Below are positions 39,162-48,418 of a stretch of DNA of 64,000 nt, piece after piece. Position 1 is the first letter of the stretch. Every line of letters starts with the position of its first letter. Source of the DNA: a bacterium (GTDB taxonomy: Bacteria > NPL-UPA2 > JAUVJM01); assembly GCA_030606215.1 (NCBI GenBank), contig JAUWGW010000006.1, positions 2,207-66,206 of the forward strand, read 5' to 3'. A program made the position numbers and the translations under genes. The notes beneath the pieces were generated by a model. It saw only the letters and a list, made by a program, of their open reading frames with translations, searched no databases and was not told where the DNA came from.

Positions 39162-40721
39162 ATGCGAAAGATGAAAATTGCCTGCCTTGTTATTGCCATT
39201 TTATTAGTAGTAGCTGGTGTGGCACTGATGCACATTGAGTTTTCCCATCCAGAGCTCAGAAACGCAGTTGCTTCAAGATTGAGCGCTTCTCTCGGGATAC
39301 CTGTGAGAATGGAGAAACTTTCTCTCAGACTCTCGCAGGGAATAAAAGTCAAAAATCTCTCATTGGGCGCTGAGGACGCAGAAATTCTCTCTGCAAAAGG
39401 GATAATTCTCCAGTGTAATTTCCTTCAAATGCTTCGCAGACAATTCAATGTGCGAAGTGTAGTTGTTGAAAAGCCAGTTCTCACATTGCGAAAAGAGCAG
39501 ATTGGATTCCTGCTCCTTCCACTGATTGCCACCAGTCAGCATTCTTCTTCCAGTAACTCGGAATTCCAGTTTCAGCTTGCGGAAGCTCGGGTGCGTAGTG
39601 GCAAAGTAAATGTTGAGCGTGAAGAAAGTGGTTCTCTCGCGGTTGATGAAATTGACCTTGAGGTGTCTTCGGAGGGAAAAGGAAAGCCTGTTAAGATTAA
39701 AGGAGCGGGGACAATGCAGGCATTTGACTTCTCCATGCTTGGTTCATATCAAGCAGGTGAGAAGAGCCCGGTCGATTTTAGAATAACTACTGATGTAGAC
39801 TGGAGCAGAATAAATGAGACACTTAGCAAACTAAATCTGAGAGCGCCAGCCAATCTCAAAGGGAGAGGAAAAAGCACAGTTGATATTATCCTCACAGGCA
39901 GCCCCGGTGAATTGAATGTAGATGTAACCAGCGACCTCACAGAAAATGAGCTCTCCTATGGTAACCTGCATAAGCCAGGCGGATTTGTGACAAAATTTAA
40001 GATGAGCTCTGTATATTCTTCTGGGAGCCTAAGAGTGGATGATATTGTTGTGATTATTGGTGAAGGTAGGTTGACCGGCTCGGGGGAGATTTTGCAGGGC
40101 GGGAAATATAAATTCTCCATAAAAGGCGAAAACATAGATATGGAGAAACTTTTGAGTATAAAGGAGAAAGATGAGGTAAAACTTAATATGAGTGGAAAAG
40201 CAAAGATGCAAGCGCAAATTGCTAATAGTGGCGGGGGCACGCAGGGGCTAAATGGAGGAGGTAGTCTACAAATTCAAAATGGTCTGGTTAAATCGTTTTC
40301 ATGGCTTGAAGACCTTTTTTCAACAATTAATCTGCCTGAGCTTATGCCGTTTAAATATACAAAAATTATCGGAAGTTTTAATATTATAGATGGGAAAGTG
40401 GATATTACAGAAACTATAGTCCATGGGGAAGATGCTGTTCTTGCTACTGAAGAAGGGGAAATTGACCTTGTCAAAAAAACGAAGAATATCTCAGCTGACT
40501 TAGCACTTGCCCCGCATCTTGTGAAAAGGCAGCGTTTCAAATTCAAGGAGTTTGACAAATTTTTCTATGTGGATGAGAATGGTTTCGCACATTTAGCCGT
40601 TGTCTGGAGAGGACCGCTCTCAAAAGGAACTCCTGATTTAACAGCTTCCTTCCTCAAAACAGGAATAAAAAAATATGGCAGCGAGTTACTGGAGAAGTTA
40701 TTTGGGGAAGATGAGGATTAG
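39162..40721 (+). CDS. AsmA-family-like envelope protein (N-terminal TM anchor, long beta-rich periplasmic region)
   Basis: 519 aa. N-terminal TM (IACLVIAILLVVAGVAL) followed by a repetitive low-complexity region. The assignment is tentative. GAGGAG RBS. Confidence 0.45.
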   Translation: MRKMKIACLVIAILLVVAGVALMHIEFSHPELRNAVASRLSASLGIPVRMEKLSLRLSQGIKVKNLSLGAEDAEILSAKGIILQCNFLQMLRRQFNVRSVVVEKPVLTLRKEQIGFLLLPLIATSQHSSSSNSEFQFQLAEARVRSGKVNVEREESGSLAVDEIDLEVSSEGKGKPVKIKGAGTMQAFDFSMLGSYQAGEKSPVDFRITTDVDWSRINETLSKLNLRAPANLKGRGKSTVDIILTGSPGELNVDVTSDLTENELSYGNLHKPGGFVTKFKMSSVYSSGSLRVDDIVVIIGEGRLTGSGEILQGGKYKFSIKGENIDMEKLLSIKEKDEVKLNMSGKAKMQAQIANSGGGTQGLNGGGSLQIQNGLVKSFSWLEDLFSTINLPELMPFKYTKIIGSFNIIDGKVDITETIVHGEDAVLATEEGEIDLVKKTKNISADLALAPHLVKRQRFKFKEFDKFFYVDENGFAHLAVVWRGPLSKGTPDLTASFLKTGIKKYGSELLEKLFGEDED

Positions 40722-41158
40722 TGATGAACGTGAATATTGTATGGGGTGAAATTAATGTATCAACGGATAAACGGTTCAAGATAATAGATATAACTCAGGA
40801 CGTGAGAAAGATTGTCGAGAATGGAAAGGTGAAAGAGGGAACTGTAACAATTTTCAATCCCCATGTTACATGTGCCGTCTGTATTAATGAACATGACACT
40901 GAACTCTGGGAAGATTTGTTAGAAGCGTATCAGAAACTTGCTCCTCTAAAAGGAAACTACCGGCACAACGCCAAATACAGCGGCATCCAGGGTGAGCAAA
41001 ACACACACGCCCATATACTCAATACCCTGATTGGGGCAAGTGTGAATCTTCCTGTGAGAGATGGGAAACTGATTCTCGGAACCTGGCAATCAGTCCTGTT
41101 TGTAGAACTGGATGGCTGTAGAAGAAGAAAACTGACAGTGCAGGTTACCGGGAAATAG
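40721..41158 (+). CDS. YjbQ/UPF0047 family protein (secondary thiamine-phosphate synthase fold)
   Basis: 145 aa. TVTIFNPHVTCAVCINEHDTELWEDL...HILNTLIGASVNLPVRDGKLILGTWQSV matches the YjbQ family. Confidence 0.7.
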   Translation: MMNVNIVWGEINVSTDKRFKIIDITQDVRKIVENGKVKEGTVTIFNPHVTCAVCINEHDTELWEDLLEAYQKLAPLKGNYRHNAKYSGIQGEQNTHAHILNTLIGASVNLPVRDGKLILGTWQSVLFVELDGCRRRKLTVQVTGK

Positions 41159-41178
41159 ATAGTAGTTTCCGAGAAATT

Positions 41179-41198
41179 TTCCGAGGCCCTCCTCGGAA
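41179..41198. terminator. Bidirectional hairpin between convergent yjbQ-like gene and the korG-like gene (ttccgagg-ccct-cctcggaa)
   Basis: Perfect 8-bp stem with 4-nt loop read at 41179-41198. It lies between convergent gene ends. No clear U-tract follows. Confidence 0.4.
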
Positions 41199-41211
41199 CA
41201 GCTTCCACATC

Positions 41212-41751
41212 CTATCGCTGTGCAAAATCCCCCCCACTGATGAGGGATTTTCTATTTACTTCAAGTAATCCATGCCACCTTTCGGGAAGCACATCTTGCA
41301 GAAGACGGCATGCTTTCTCGACTGATGTTAACTTTTTCAACGAGAGATACGCTCCAAGCATGACCATATTTGCAGAGCGGATGTTTCCGGCATCTTCAGC
41401 AAGTTTATTGGCAGGCAATTTTATCACCTTAATATCGCTGCGCTCCGGTTCTTTATCAATAAGGGAGGAATTGAGAATTAATAACCCTTCTTTCTTAAGC
41501 CTTGGGCAGAACTTATCAAGTGATGGTTTATTCATAACAACAATGGTTGATGGGCTGGAACTGAGAGGAGATGCAATTTCTTCTTTTGAGATAATCACTG
41601 TGCAGTTAGCTGTTCCGCCTCTTACTTCAGCTCCGTATGATGGCATATAAGTGAGGCGATACCCTTCCTTCATTGCAATATAGGCAATGAATTTACCCAT
41701 AAACATTACACCCTGCCCGCCAAATCCGGAAATAACTATTTCTTCATGCAT
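41212..41751 (-). CDS. 2-oxoacid:ferredoxin oxidoreductase, gamma subunit
   Basis: 179 aa. [50 protein letters not shown] is the typical gamma subunit sequence. Confidence 0.8.
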   Translation of the reverse strand: MHEEIVISGFGGQGVMFMGKFIAYIAMKEGYRLTYMPSYGAEVRGGTANCTVIISKEEIASPLSSSPSTIVVMNKPSLDKFCPRLKKEGLLILNSSLIDKEPERSDIKVIKLPANKLAEDAGNIRSANMVMLGAYLSLKKLTSVEKACRLLQDVLPERWHGLLEVNRKSLISGGDFAQR

Positions 41752-42487
41752 CTTTCAAATTTCCCTTTATAACGCCCAATGGGAAATTGGGTATCATTTT
41801 TTCCTCAATCCATTCCTTTGCTTCTTTTGGCGAAAGTCTCCAGTAACTTGGACATGGGGAGAGAATCTCAACAAGAGAGAATCCTTTATTCTCAAGTTGA
41901 ACCTGGAAAGCCTTCTTTATAGCCAGTTTGGTTTTCCTGATATTTGCAGGATTACTGATAGCTGTCCTGCAGAGAAAAACTGTTCCAGGGAGGATAGCAA
42001 GTAATTCTGAAACTTTTAAAGGGTATCCTGCACTCGAATCTCGTCCGCCTGGAGTAGTAGCTGTTACCTGTCCGAGCATTGTAGTTGGTGCCATCTGTCC
42101 GCCTGTCATTCCATATACTGCATTGTTAACAAAAATTACAGTTATCCTTTCCCCTCTATTTGCGGCATGGATTATTTCCGATGTCCCTATTGCGGCAAGG
42201 TCACCATCACCCTGGTAGGTAAAAACTACCCTCTCCGGAAGAATACGCTTTATTCCTGTAGCAACGGCGGGTGTTCGTCCATGTGCGGCTTCTGTCATAT
42301 CTATATTGAAGTAATCATATGCAATAACGGCGCATCCTACAGGCGCAACTCCAATAGTCTTCTCCCTGATACCGAGTTCATCAATCACCTCTCCGAGCAG
42401 GCGGTGAATCACACCATGCCCGCAGCCAGGACAATAATGTGTCCAGACATCTTTCATTGATTCGGGAAGCGAGAAAACTTTTTTCAT
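41744..42487 (-). CDS. 2-oxoacid:ferredoxin oxidoreductase, beta (TPP-binding) subunit
   Basis: [15 protein letters not shown]... and GDGDLAAIG...[14 protein letters not shown] motifs are present. ATG at 42487 overlaps the TGA of the alpha subunit; the track's 42568 start would overlap alpha by 85 nt. Confidence 0.85.
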   Translation of the reverse strand: MKKVFSLPESMKDVWTHYCPGCGHGVIHRLLGEVIDELGIREKTIGVAPVGCAVIAYDYFNIDMTEAAHGRTPAVATGIKRILPERVVFTYQGDGDLAAIGTSEIIHAANRGERITVIFVNNAVYGMTGGQMAPTTMLGQVTATTPGGRDSSAGYPLKVSELLAILPGTVFLCRTAISNPANIRKTKLAIKKAFQVQLENKGFSLVEILSPCPSYWRLSPKEAKEWIEEKMIPNFPLGVIKGNLKDA

Positions 42488-43536
42488 AGAAGTTCTCTTA
42501 TCTTCCGACTGATTTCCTCTGCAGTAGGTACTCCACCACCTGTTCTTCCATAGAAATGAACAGGACATTTTCCACTGACAGCTAATCTAACATCTTCCAC
42601 CATCTGCCCTGCGCTCATCTCAATAACGAGAAAACAATTTATCCGTGAGGATACATCTGCTATAACCTTTTCAGGAAATGGCCAGAGAGTTATCGGTCTT
42701 ATAATTCCTGCTCTTATCCCTTCACTCTTTACCTGGTTTAGAGCCGCTTTTGCAATACGGGCTGAGGTCCCATAAGCAACAAGGATTATCTCAGCATCAT
42801 CAATCCCTTCCTCTTCGTAGAGAATTTCCTTTTCCTTCATAACTCTGAATTTATCCTGAAGGTGTCTATTGTGTTTTTCAAGTTCCCCTTCTTTCAGAAT
42901 AAGTGAGCGGATGATTCTGGGGGAACGGCCTTTTGCACCTGTTAGAATCCAGTCTTTCTCAGGGCAAGCAAGCTTGCCAACCCTTTTTTTGATTTTAACA
43001 GGTTCCATCATCTGTCCGAGGATACCATCTCCAAGAATAAGCACAGGATTTCTATATCTGTCAGCTAAATCAAAGGCAGCTCCCATGAGTTCAGCAAGTT
43101 CCTGGACATTAGCAGGTCCAAAAACTATCAAATTGTAATCTCCGTGTCCTCCTCCTTTTGTTGCCTGGAAATAATCGGATTGCGCAGGAGCGATATTACC
43201 AAGTCCCGGGCCTCCGCGCATCATGTTCACAATTACAGCAGGAAGTTCATTCCCTGCAAGGTAGGATATTCCCTCCTGTTTCAGACTTATGCCGGGACTT
43301 GAGGAGGAAGTCATGGCACGTGCGCCGGCAAGAGAAGCTCCAAACACCATACTAATAGCCGCCAGCTCACTTTCTGCTTGTATGAATACACCGCCCTCCT
43401 CAGGCATCCTTCTTGCCATATAGGCAGTCAACTCATTCTGAGGAGTTATTGGATACCCGGCGTAGAACCTGCATCCTGCCTGGATTGCAGCTTCCCCAAC
43501 AACCTCATTCCCGCACATTAATACCTTTTCACTCAT
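42484..43536 (-). CDS. 2-oxoacid:ferredoxin oxidoreductase, alpha subunit
   Basis: 350 aa. [29 protein letters not shown]...[29 protein letters not shown] is the alpha-subunit N-terminal signature. Confidence 0.85.
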   Translation of the reverse strand: MSEKVLMCGNEVVGEAAIQAGCRFYAGYPITPQNELTAYMARRMPEEGGVFIQAESELAAISMVFGASLAGARAMTSSSSPGISLKQEGISYLAGNELPAVIVNMMRGGPGLGNIAPAQSDYFQATKGGGHGDYNLIVFGPANVQELAELMGAAFDLADRYRNPVLILGDGILGQMMEPVKIKKRVGKLACPEKDWILTGAKGRSPRIIRSLILKEGELEKHNRHLQDKFRVMKEKEILYEEEGIDDAEIILVAYGTSARIAKAALNQVKSEGIRAGIIRPITLWPFPEKVIADVSSRINCFLVIEMSAGQMVEDVRLAVSGKCPVHFYGRTGGGVPTAEEISRKIRELL

Positions 43537-45604
43537 GGACTATCTCGTAAACAAATACGCCTCTTTCAAGAAATAGTTGCCTGAGGTATTTTTCGGATGT
43601 CAGGAACTCAGCAAACATCTCACTTGCTTTCTCGCTTGCCCAGTTAAATGAGTGGTAATGTTGAGCTACCCTTTTGACTTCGGAGGCATTAAACAGAATA
43701 TGTGTGATTCCAAGTGTGTGGAGCTTATCGCAGATCTCTTTGCTTGATGAGCTTTCATTGACAATTTCAACAATGATGTTTGTATCAAGCGGACTGTTTG
43801 ATACAACCTCGCGATTACAGTAGTATGTCTGGTTCTCCCCTATGAAAAGGAGCTTTGCATCCTCTGGAAGTTCATTATTTATGTAACGAAAGGCAGGATA
43901 CTGGTAGAGGGGTGAGTCAATCAGAAACTCATCCCGATTTTTTATGCCTGTAGCCACTTTCAGCAAATCATATTTAGCTATTGTCAGCGGTAGCCATGCT
44001 AAATTAAAAAGAAACACAAAAAGAATAACAAGATGTATGAACAAAGTCAACTGCTTGTTTCTTTTGTAGCTTTCCACAGCGTATGCTGAAGCTATGCTCA
44101 GAGCCGGGAGACAGGGGATGAGGAATCTTGTATCCTGATGAGTAAAGAAAACCCAGAGCAAAAAATATATACCACCATAAATTAAAAAGAGTTTTACAAC
44201 GGGTTTCACAGAACGGATGAATAAAAGACAGGGCAGTAATAATATAAATGCAGGGCCAATCTTTTTATCCATATTAATTCTCCAGAGGAGCGAGAGAATA
44301 TGCCCTATCCCTAAGTTTTGCGGCTGGTGATGTTTCATAAATCTTTCAGGGTTAAAAGTCTCGCCGAACGGATGCCCGAAGAATTTATAAAAGAAATTGT
44401 GAAAAAAAGGATATACAGGGTTATGAGTGAAAAAGGCATTTTTTATAAGCCATGGGGATGCAACCAGTAAACTGATGAAAATAAAAAGAGCTATTTTTTT
44501 AAAGCAAAGGATGGGAATTTCCTTATCGCTAAACTCTTTAATTACAATTGCTAAAAGCAGGATTGGAAGAAGGAGCAGTAAAGCTGTATACTTTGTTCCG
44601 ATGGACAACCCGCAGAATATGGCTGATACAAATAACCAGGTTTTTTTCTTTGCTGAAAACCAGTTGAGAAATGCCGCTACAGCCAGAAATTCATACAGGG
44701 TTAACATCAGGTCATTAAAAGCCCATCCTGAGAGAAGACCAACAAACGGAATATTGTAGAAAATGAGCGAGGCGAGTAAACTTACCTTCTTATTAAAATG
44801 TTTCACTGAAAAGGAATAAATAGCAAGTATTATGAAGATGCCCATTGAAAAGTGAACTAATTTCGCAAGTGTATCTCCATAGAGAAGCAAGCTGAAAAGA
44901 TAAAGAAATTCCGTTGTCATCGGGAAATTTGCGTATACATTGTGAGGTATGTAGAAAATCTGATGTTCTCCTGCATAAAGCTTCGGGATAGCAAGGTGAT
45001 ATGCGAGGCTGTCATAATTAAGTTCTGGAGTAAAAACCTGGATAAGGTAAAGACAAATGCTGATGATGAGGATAACGCCAAATATGACTACAAATTGGGA
45101 ATTGCCTTTTCCATTTTGAATTTCACACTTTTCTTGAGGAAAGTGCAAGTGCCCCGCTTTCTTTTGTTTCCCCTCCCTCGAGGGGAGGGGGTAAGGGGGA
45201 GGGTGATGGTTACGAAGTTTTCTTAAGAATGTGCGGAGTTGTGGGATGGAGAAGGCTAAGAGGATTACTAATAGTGTATAAGCAGCAGTTCTGTAAAGAA
45301 GGTGGAGAAAACCAAAAATAAAAATTAGAAAGCTCAAAATCCCAAATCCGAGTGAACTGGAAAAGACAAAAGTTTCCAGGGAAGAGCTAAAATATATTTT
45401 CAAATAGCGAAATACTCTCTCACCAAGAGAAAATGCAATAATAATTATGGCAAAAAGTAATATGAAGTTGATTGAAGAGGAAACAATGTGGTGAAGGAGA
45501 AGGAAGTGTTCATTATAGTTGATAAAACGCAGGGCCACCCCAACCACCCATACAAGGACGAAGCATATTACGATAGGTGATTTAACCCTGTAACTCATTC
45601 TCAC
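43529..45604 (-). CDS. Large polytopic membrane protein (about 16 predicted TM; possibly GT-C-fold glycosyltransferase-like) with an internal Pro-rich linker
   Basis: 691 aa. Highly hydrophobic with many TM helices. An internal hydrophilic segment RNHHPPPYPLPSREGKQKKAGHLHFPQ is encoded by a GC-rich near-palindrome at 45170-45200. Function is not assignable from sequence. Confidence 0.55.
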   Translation of the reverse strand: MRMSYRVKSPIVICFVLVWVVGVALRFINYNEHFLLLHHIVSSSINFILLFAIIIIAFSLGERVFRYLKIYFSSSLETFVFSSSLGFGILSFLIFIFGFLHLLYRTAAYTLLVILLAFSIPQLRTFLRKLRNHHPPPYPLPSREGKQKKAGHLHFPQEKCEIQNGKGNSQFVVIFGVILIISICLYLIQVFTPELNYDSLAYHLAIPKLYAGEHQIFYIPHNVYANFPMTTEFLYLFSLLLYGDTLAKLVHFSMGIFIILAIYSFSVKHFNKKVSLLASLIFYNIPFVGLLSGWAFNDLMLTLYEFLAVAAFLNWFSAKKKTWLFVSAIFCGLSIGTKYTALLLLLPILLLAIVIKEFSDKEIPILCFKKIALFIFISLLVASPWLIKNAFFTHNPVYPFFHNFFYKFFGHPFGETFNPERFMKHHQPQNLGIGHILSLLWRINMDKKIGPAFILLLPCLLFIRSVKPVVKLFLIYGGIYFLLWVFFTHQDTRFLIPCLPALSIASAYAVESYKRNKQLTLFIHLVILFVFLFNLAWLPLTIAKYDLLKVATGIKNRDEFLIDSPLYQYPAFRYINNELPEDAKLLFIGENQTYYCNREVVSNSPLDTNIIVEIVNESSSSKEICDKLHTLGITHILFNASEVKRVAQHYHSFNWASEKASEMFAEFLTSEKYLRQLFLERGVFVYEIVHE

Positions 45605-45646
45605 TCTCTTTATGGATTAGTGTGAGTTCAGTGAATCCCATTTCTT

Positions 45647-45672
45647 GTCATTCCCGCGCAAGCGGGAATCCA
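45647..45672. repeat. REP-like palindromic element, copy 2, compensatory variant (gtcattcccgcgcaagcgggaatcca)
   Basis: Same architecture as 32726-32751. The stem substitutions are paired (t->c with a->g), so the hairpin is preserved. Confidence 0.55.
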
Positions 45673-45690
45673 TCCCGGGCTCCAACTTTA

Positions 45691-45714
45691 GATTCCTGCT
45701 TCCGCAGGAATGAC
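45691..45714. repeat. REP-like palindromic element, copy 3, inverted orientation (gattcctgcttccgcaggaatgac)
   Basis: Its reverse complement is identical to the 24-mer core at 32726-32749. It is intergenic between the MFS gene and the 691-aa membrane protein gene. Confidence 0.6.
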
Positions 45715-45719
45715 GTGGT

Positions 45720-46949
45720 TCAGTAAACTTTCTCGCGTAGTCTGCGCGCCCGGAGAGAAAGTCCGCTCTGGATAAGCACTCCTGTAAGCACCACCGCTGA
45801 GCAAAACCAATATACAGTAGCCATTGAGTATCTCTGATAGATTATTCCGCCGATAGAGGAGCCGCAAATAAGACCGGCAGCAATAAGCGACTCGTGTATA
45901 GCCATACGTTTTGGTCTATCCGTGCTTCCAGATACACCGTGAAAAAGGCTGTACGTGTAGCCTAAGGCCATTAACAGTCCTATCCCTCCCAAAATGAGCC
46001 CCAATAATAAAGGTGAATGAGTATAAACCATCAAGATCAATAAAATTGCAAGAGATACCTGTCCCAAAAGCATCGGTAAACTTCTAAAGTGCCAGAAAGT
46101 TGTTCTCCCCAGCATGATAAAACCGGAAGTTGTAAATAGAGCGCGTGATAAGAATAACAGACCGATGACACTTTTCCTCATAAATAAATCAGCCCTCGCA
46201 GAGACAGGGAAAATGTTGAGTATTACACCCATTATAACATAGGTAGTATAAAGACCGACCCACGCTGGATAACGAACTAGTGTATCCTGCCCTTTTTCAA
46301 GACTCCGCCTTTCAAGCGGTAATTTAGTGTCTCTGTCCTTCCGGATACGCGGCAGTGAGAGGATTGCCCCGATAATCATGAAACTGGTTAAGAGAAAGAG
46401 TGCGCTGCCGGCATAAATTGGCAGTTCTGTCCCCTTTTCGCTCAAGTATCCTGCCAGAAAAGGACCGATTATCATTCCTGCACTCCAGGAAAAGTTAAAC
46501 TTAGATATTGTCTTACTCAGTTCAATCCCTTCAACCTTCTGTGAGAGCCAGCCCATTAGAGGTGGCCAGAAAAGAGAAGTCGAAAAACCGTACAAGCCGT
46601 AGAATATGTAGACCCAGATGAGTGAGTCAGAACTGTGTATTGCAAGAGTAAAAACACACATACAGGATGTGGCTATTACCAGAGTATACCGTGGCAGAAT
46701 ATGGTCAAAAAGCGGGCGTATGAATATGCAGCCTGAAATAAAACAGAGTGACCAAAATGCAACGAGGAGTCCGATCTGGCTTCCGGATGCATTGAAAATA
46801 TCGCGCATATAAAAGACTATTCCAAGGGATACCAATCCTGCGCCAACAGCTGCGAGAAAGGCCGATGAAAAAATGACCGTTGTTTTCCCAATACCAGTGT
46901 AGAATGACCTTATCAACTGGCGTCGTTGACTAATATATCGCGGTTTCAA
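45720..46949 (-). CDS. MFS-type transporter
   Basis: 409 aa. About 12 hydrophobic helices in two halves. The loop motif G..SD...RPK... after TM2 is like the MFS signature. Substrate unknown. Confidence 0.55.
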   Translation of the reverse strand: MKPRYISQRRQLIRSFYTGIGKTTVIFSSAFLAAVGAGLVSLGIVFYMRDIFNASGSQIGLLVAFWSLCFISGCIFIRPLFDHILPRYTLVIATSCMCVFTLAIHSSDSLIWVYIFYGLYGFSTSLFWPPLMGWLSQKVEGIELSKTISKFNFSWSAGMIIGPFLAGYLSEKGTELPIYAGSALFLLTSFMIIGAILSLPRIRKDRDTKLPLERRSLEKGQDTLVRYPAWVGLYTTYVIMGVILNIFPVSARADLFMRKSVIGLLFLSRALFTTSGFIMLGRTTFWHFRSLPMLLGQVSLAILLILMVYTHSPLLLGLILGGIGLLMALGYTYSLFHGVSGSTDRPKRMAIHESLIAAGLICGSSIGGIIYQRYSMATVYWFCSAVVLTGVLIQSGLSLRARRLREKVY

Positions 46950-47170
46950 AATAGATGTACACTCTCCTTTCCACTTCGGTTATGGGTCTTATTTTACAGT
47001 GCATTAAACCGAAAAACAATGGCTAAATAAGAAAGCGACAGGAGAAAGAAGTGAAGAAGTGAATGTGATTGACAGCACACTATCGAAGCTGTTATCATTG
47101 AAATGTTTGGGGCATAAAAAAATATGTACAGTGGGGTCAATAATCCTTTACAAAACACAAATGGAGGCAC

Positions 47171-47644
47171 ATGAGAAAAATTCGGATCTATGTTGATACT
47201 TCTGTGATTGGAGGTTGTTGTGATCCTGAATTTGAAGAATGGTCTGAAGGGCTCCTTTCAGATTTCAAAGTAGGCATATTCTCTTTAGTTCTCTCTTCGG
47301 TTACAGATGCAGAGATTGAAGATGGCCCCGAAGAAGTTAAAAAAGTATATCAGGAGTTTAAGGATTGCGAGCATGAATTTCTTGACCTGGACCCTGAAGC
47401 AATAGAACTTGCTGAGGTATACCTGAGACATGGTATTTTATCCTCAAATTATAGAGATGATGCCCGGCATATTGCTATGGCAACTGTGGCAGGTGTAGAT
47501 ATATTGGTAAGCTGGAACTTTCACCATATTGTGCATTTTGACAAAATTCGGCAATTCAATGCAGTCAATCTTGAGAAAGGTTATAGAACAATATCAATCC
47601 ATTCGCCAAGGGAGGTGACAACCCATGCCAGTGAAAGCAGTTGA
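47171..47644 (+). CDS. PIN-domain protein (VapC-like putative toxin/RNase)
   Basis: 157 aa. IRIYVDTSVIGG (first acidic residue), DARHIAMATVAGVDILVSWNFHHIV (PIN C-terminal D...H.A.A motif). GGAGG RBS. Confidence 0.6.
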   Translation: MRKIRIYVDTSVIGGCCDPEFEEWSEGLLSDFKVGIFSLVLSSVTDAEIEDGPEEVKKVYQEFKDCEHEFLDLDPEAIELAEVYLRHGILSSNYRDDARHIAMATVAGVDILVSWNFHHIVHFDKIRQFNAVNLEKGYRTISIHSPREVTTHASESS

Positions 47645-47792
47645 GATGGTTAGAAAGATACGCGATAAGCACTATGCAGAGACAAAAGACTTATCAGCAG
47701 GGGAACAATTGGAATATATACGGAGGAAAGCTGAGAGACTATCCCGAGATTTCCAGGGCAGTCAGCATTCGGCAGCCGGCAAGGTAAGGTAG
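47625..47792 (+). CDS. Small ORF (55 aa) overlapping the 3' end of the PIN gene; possible cognate partner (antitoxin-like), hypothetical
   Basis: ATG at 47625 with GGAGGTG 7 nt upstream. It encodes MPVKAVEMVRKIRDKHYAETKDLSAGEQLEYIRRKAERLSRDFQGSQHSAAGKVR, a basic/helical sequence. Overlaps the PIN ORF by 20 nt in a different frame. Confidence 0.3.
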   Translation: MPVKAVEMVRKIRDKHYAETKDLSAGEQLEYIRRKAERLSRDFQGSQHSAAGKVR

Positions 47793-47869
47793 AGAACTGT
47801 CCATGGCTACTCTATAGCAGCCATTTCGTCTTTGGACCCCAAAAGCGAAATAATATGCTAAAATAACCC

Positions 47870-48003
47870 ATGGAAATGCCAAAAATAAAGTCCAAATTGG
47901 TCCATGCCCTCTTGGACTGCATCCCCATCACCGAAGTCCAAAAACAAGTCGGCCACAAAAGATTGGCAACCACCCAGATTTACTCTAATCTTGCACCAGA
48001 GTA
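47870..48003 (+). pseudogene. Tyrosine recombinase/integrase C-terminal relic (5'-truncated and frameshifted)
   Basis: Frame A (from 47870) gives ...SKLVHALLDCIPITEVQ, similar to R-H-T-F-A-T-H-L-L-E-x-G-x-D-L-x-x-I-Q. Frame B (from about 47941) gives KQVGHKRLATTQIYSNLAPE*, similar to LLGH..L.TTQIYTH with the catalytic Tyr. The two halves are in different frames. A stop lies immediately upstream of 47870. Confidence 0.45.
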
Positions 48004-48031
48004 GGTTAGGGAAGCGTATGAAAAATGATAG

Positions 48032-48418
48032 ATGAAAGGGAGAAAAATGAAAAAGTACAATAAAATAATGGACGTTTCTATTCCCATTCTTTATTTGGGG
48101 ATATGGCTCGCGTTTGTATTTTTTTGTAAACGTTCCGGCTTTTTTGATGCCATAGACGCAACCTCCTTCTTAATTGTCTCATTTCTTGTTATGTTTTTCA
48201 GTATGATAACGAAATCCACCTCGTGGGGAATTGGAAATAAGTTCTTTAATATCAAAGGTAGTTCGGAAAGGCACATAGAGTATAGTTGGCATGAAAACTG
48301 GGAAAATGGTAAGCAAAAAAGTGGCTACACAATCACAATTGACCATGATAATCCTGAGGTAATTAAGCAATTAATGACCCACCACCATTGCTTGGTTAGT
48401 AATAGAGAAGACAACTAG
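48032..48418 (+). CDS. Hypothetical small membrane protein (2 TM)
   Basis: 128 aa. Two hydrophobic helices, then a hydrophilic C-terminus. No recognisable family. Confidence 0.35.
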   Translation: MKGRKMKKYNKIMDVSIPILYLGIWLAFVFFCKRSGFFDAIDATSFLIVSFLVMFFSMITKSTSWGIGNKFFNIKGSSERHIEYSWHENWENGKQKSGYTITIDHDNPEVIKQLMTHHHCLVSNREDN

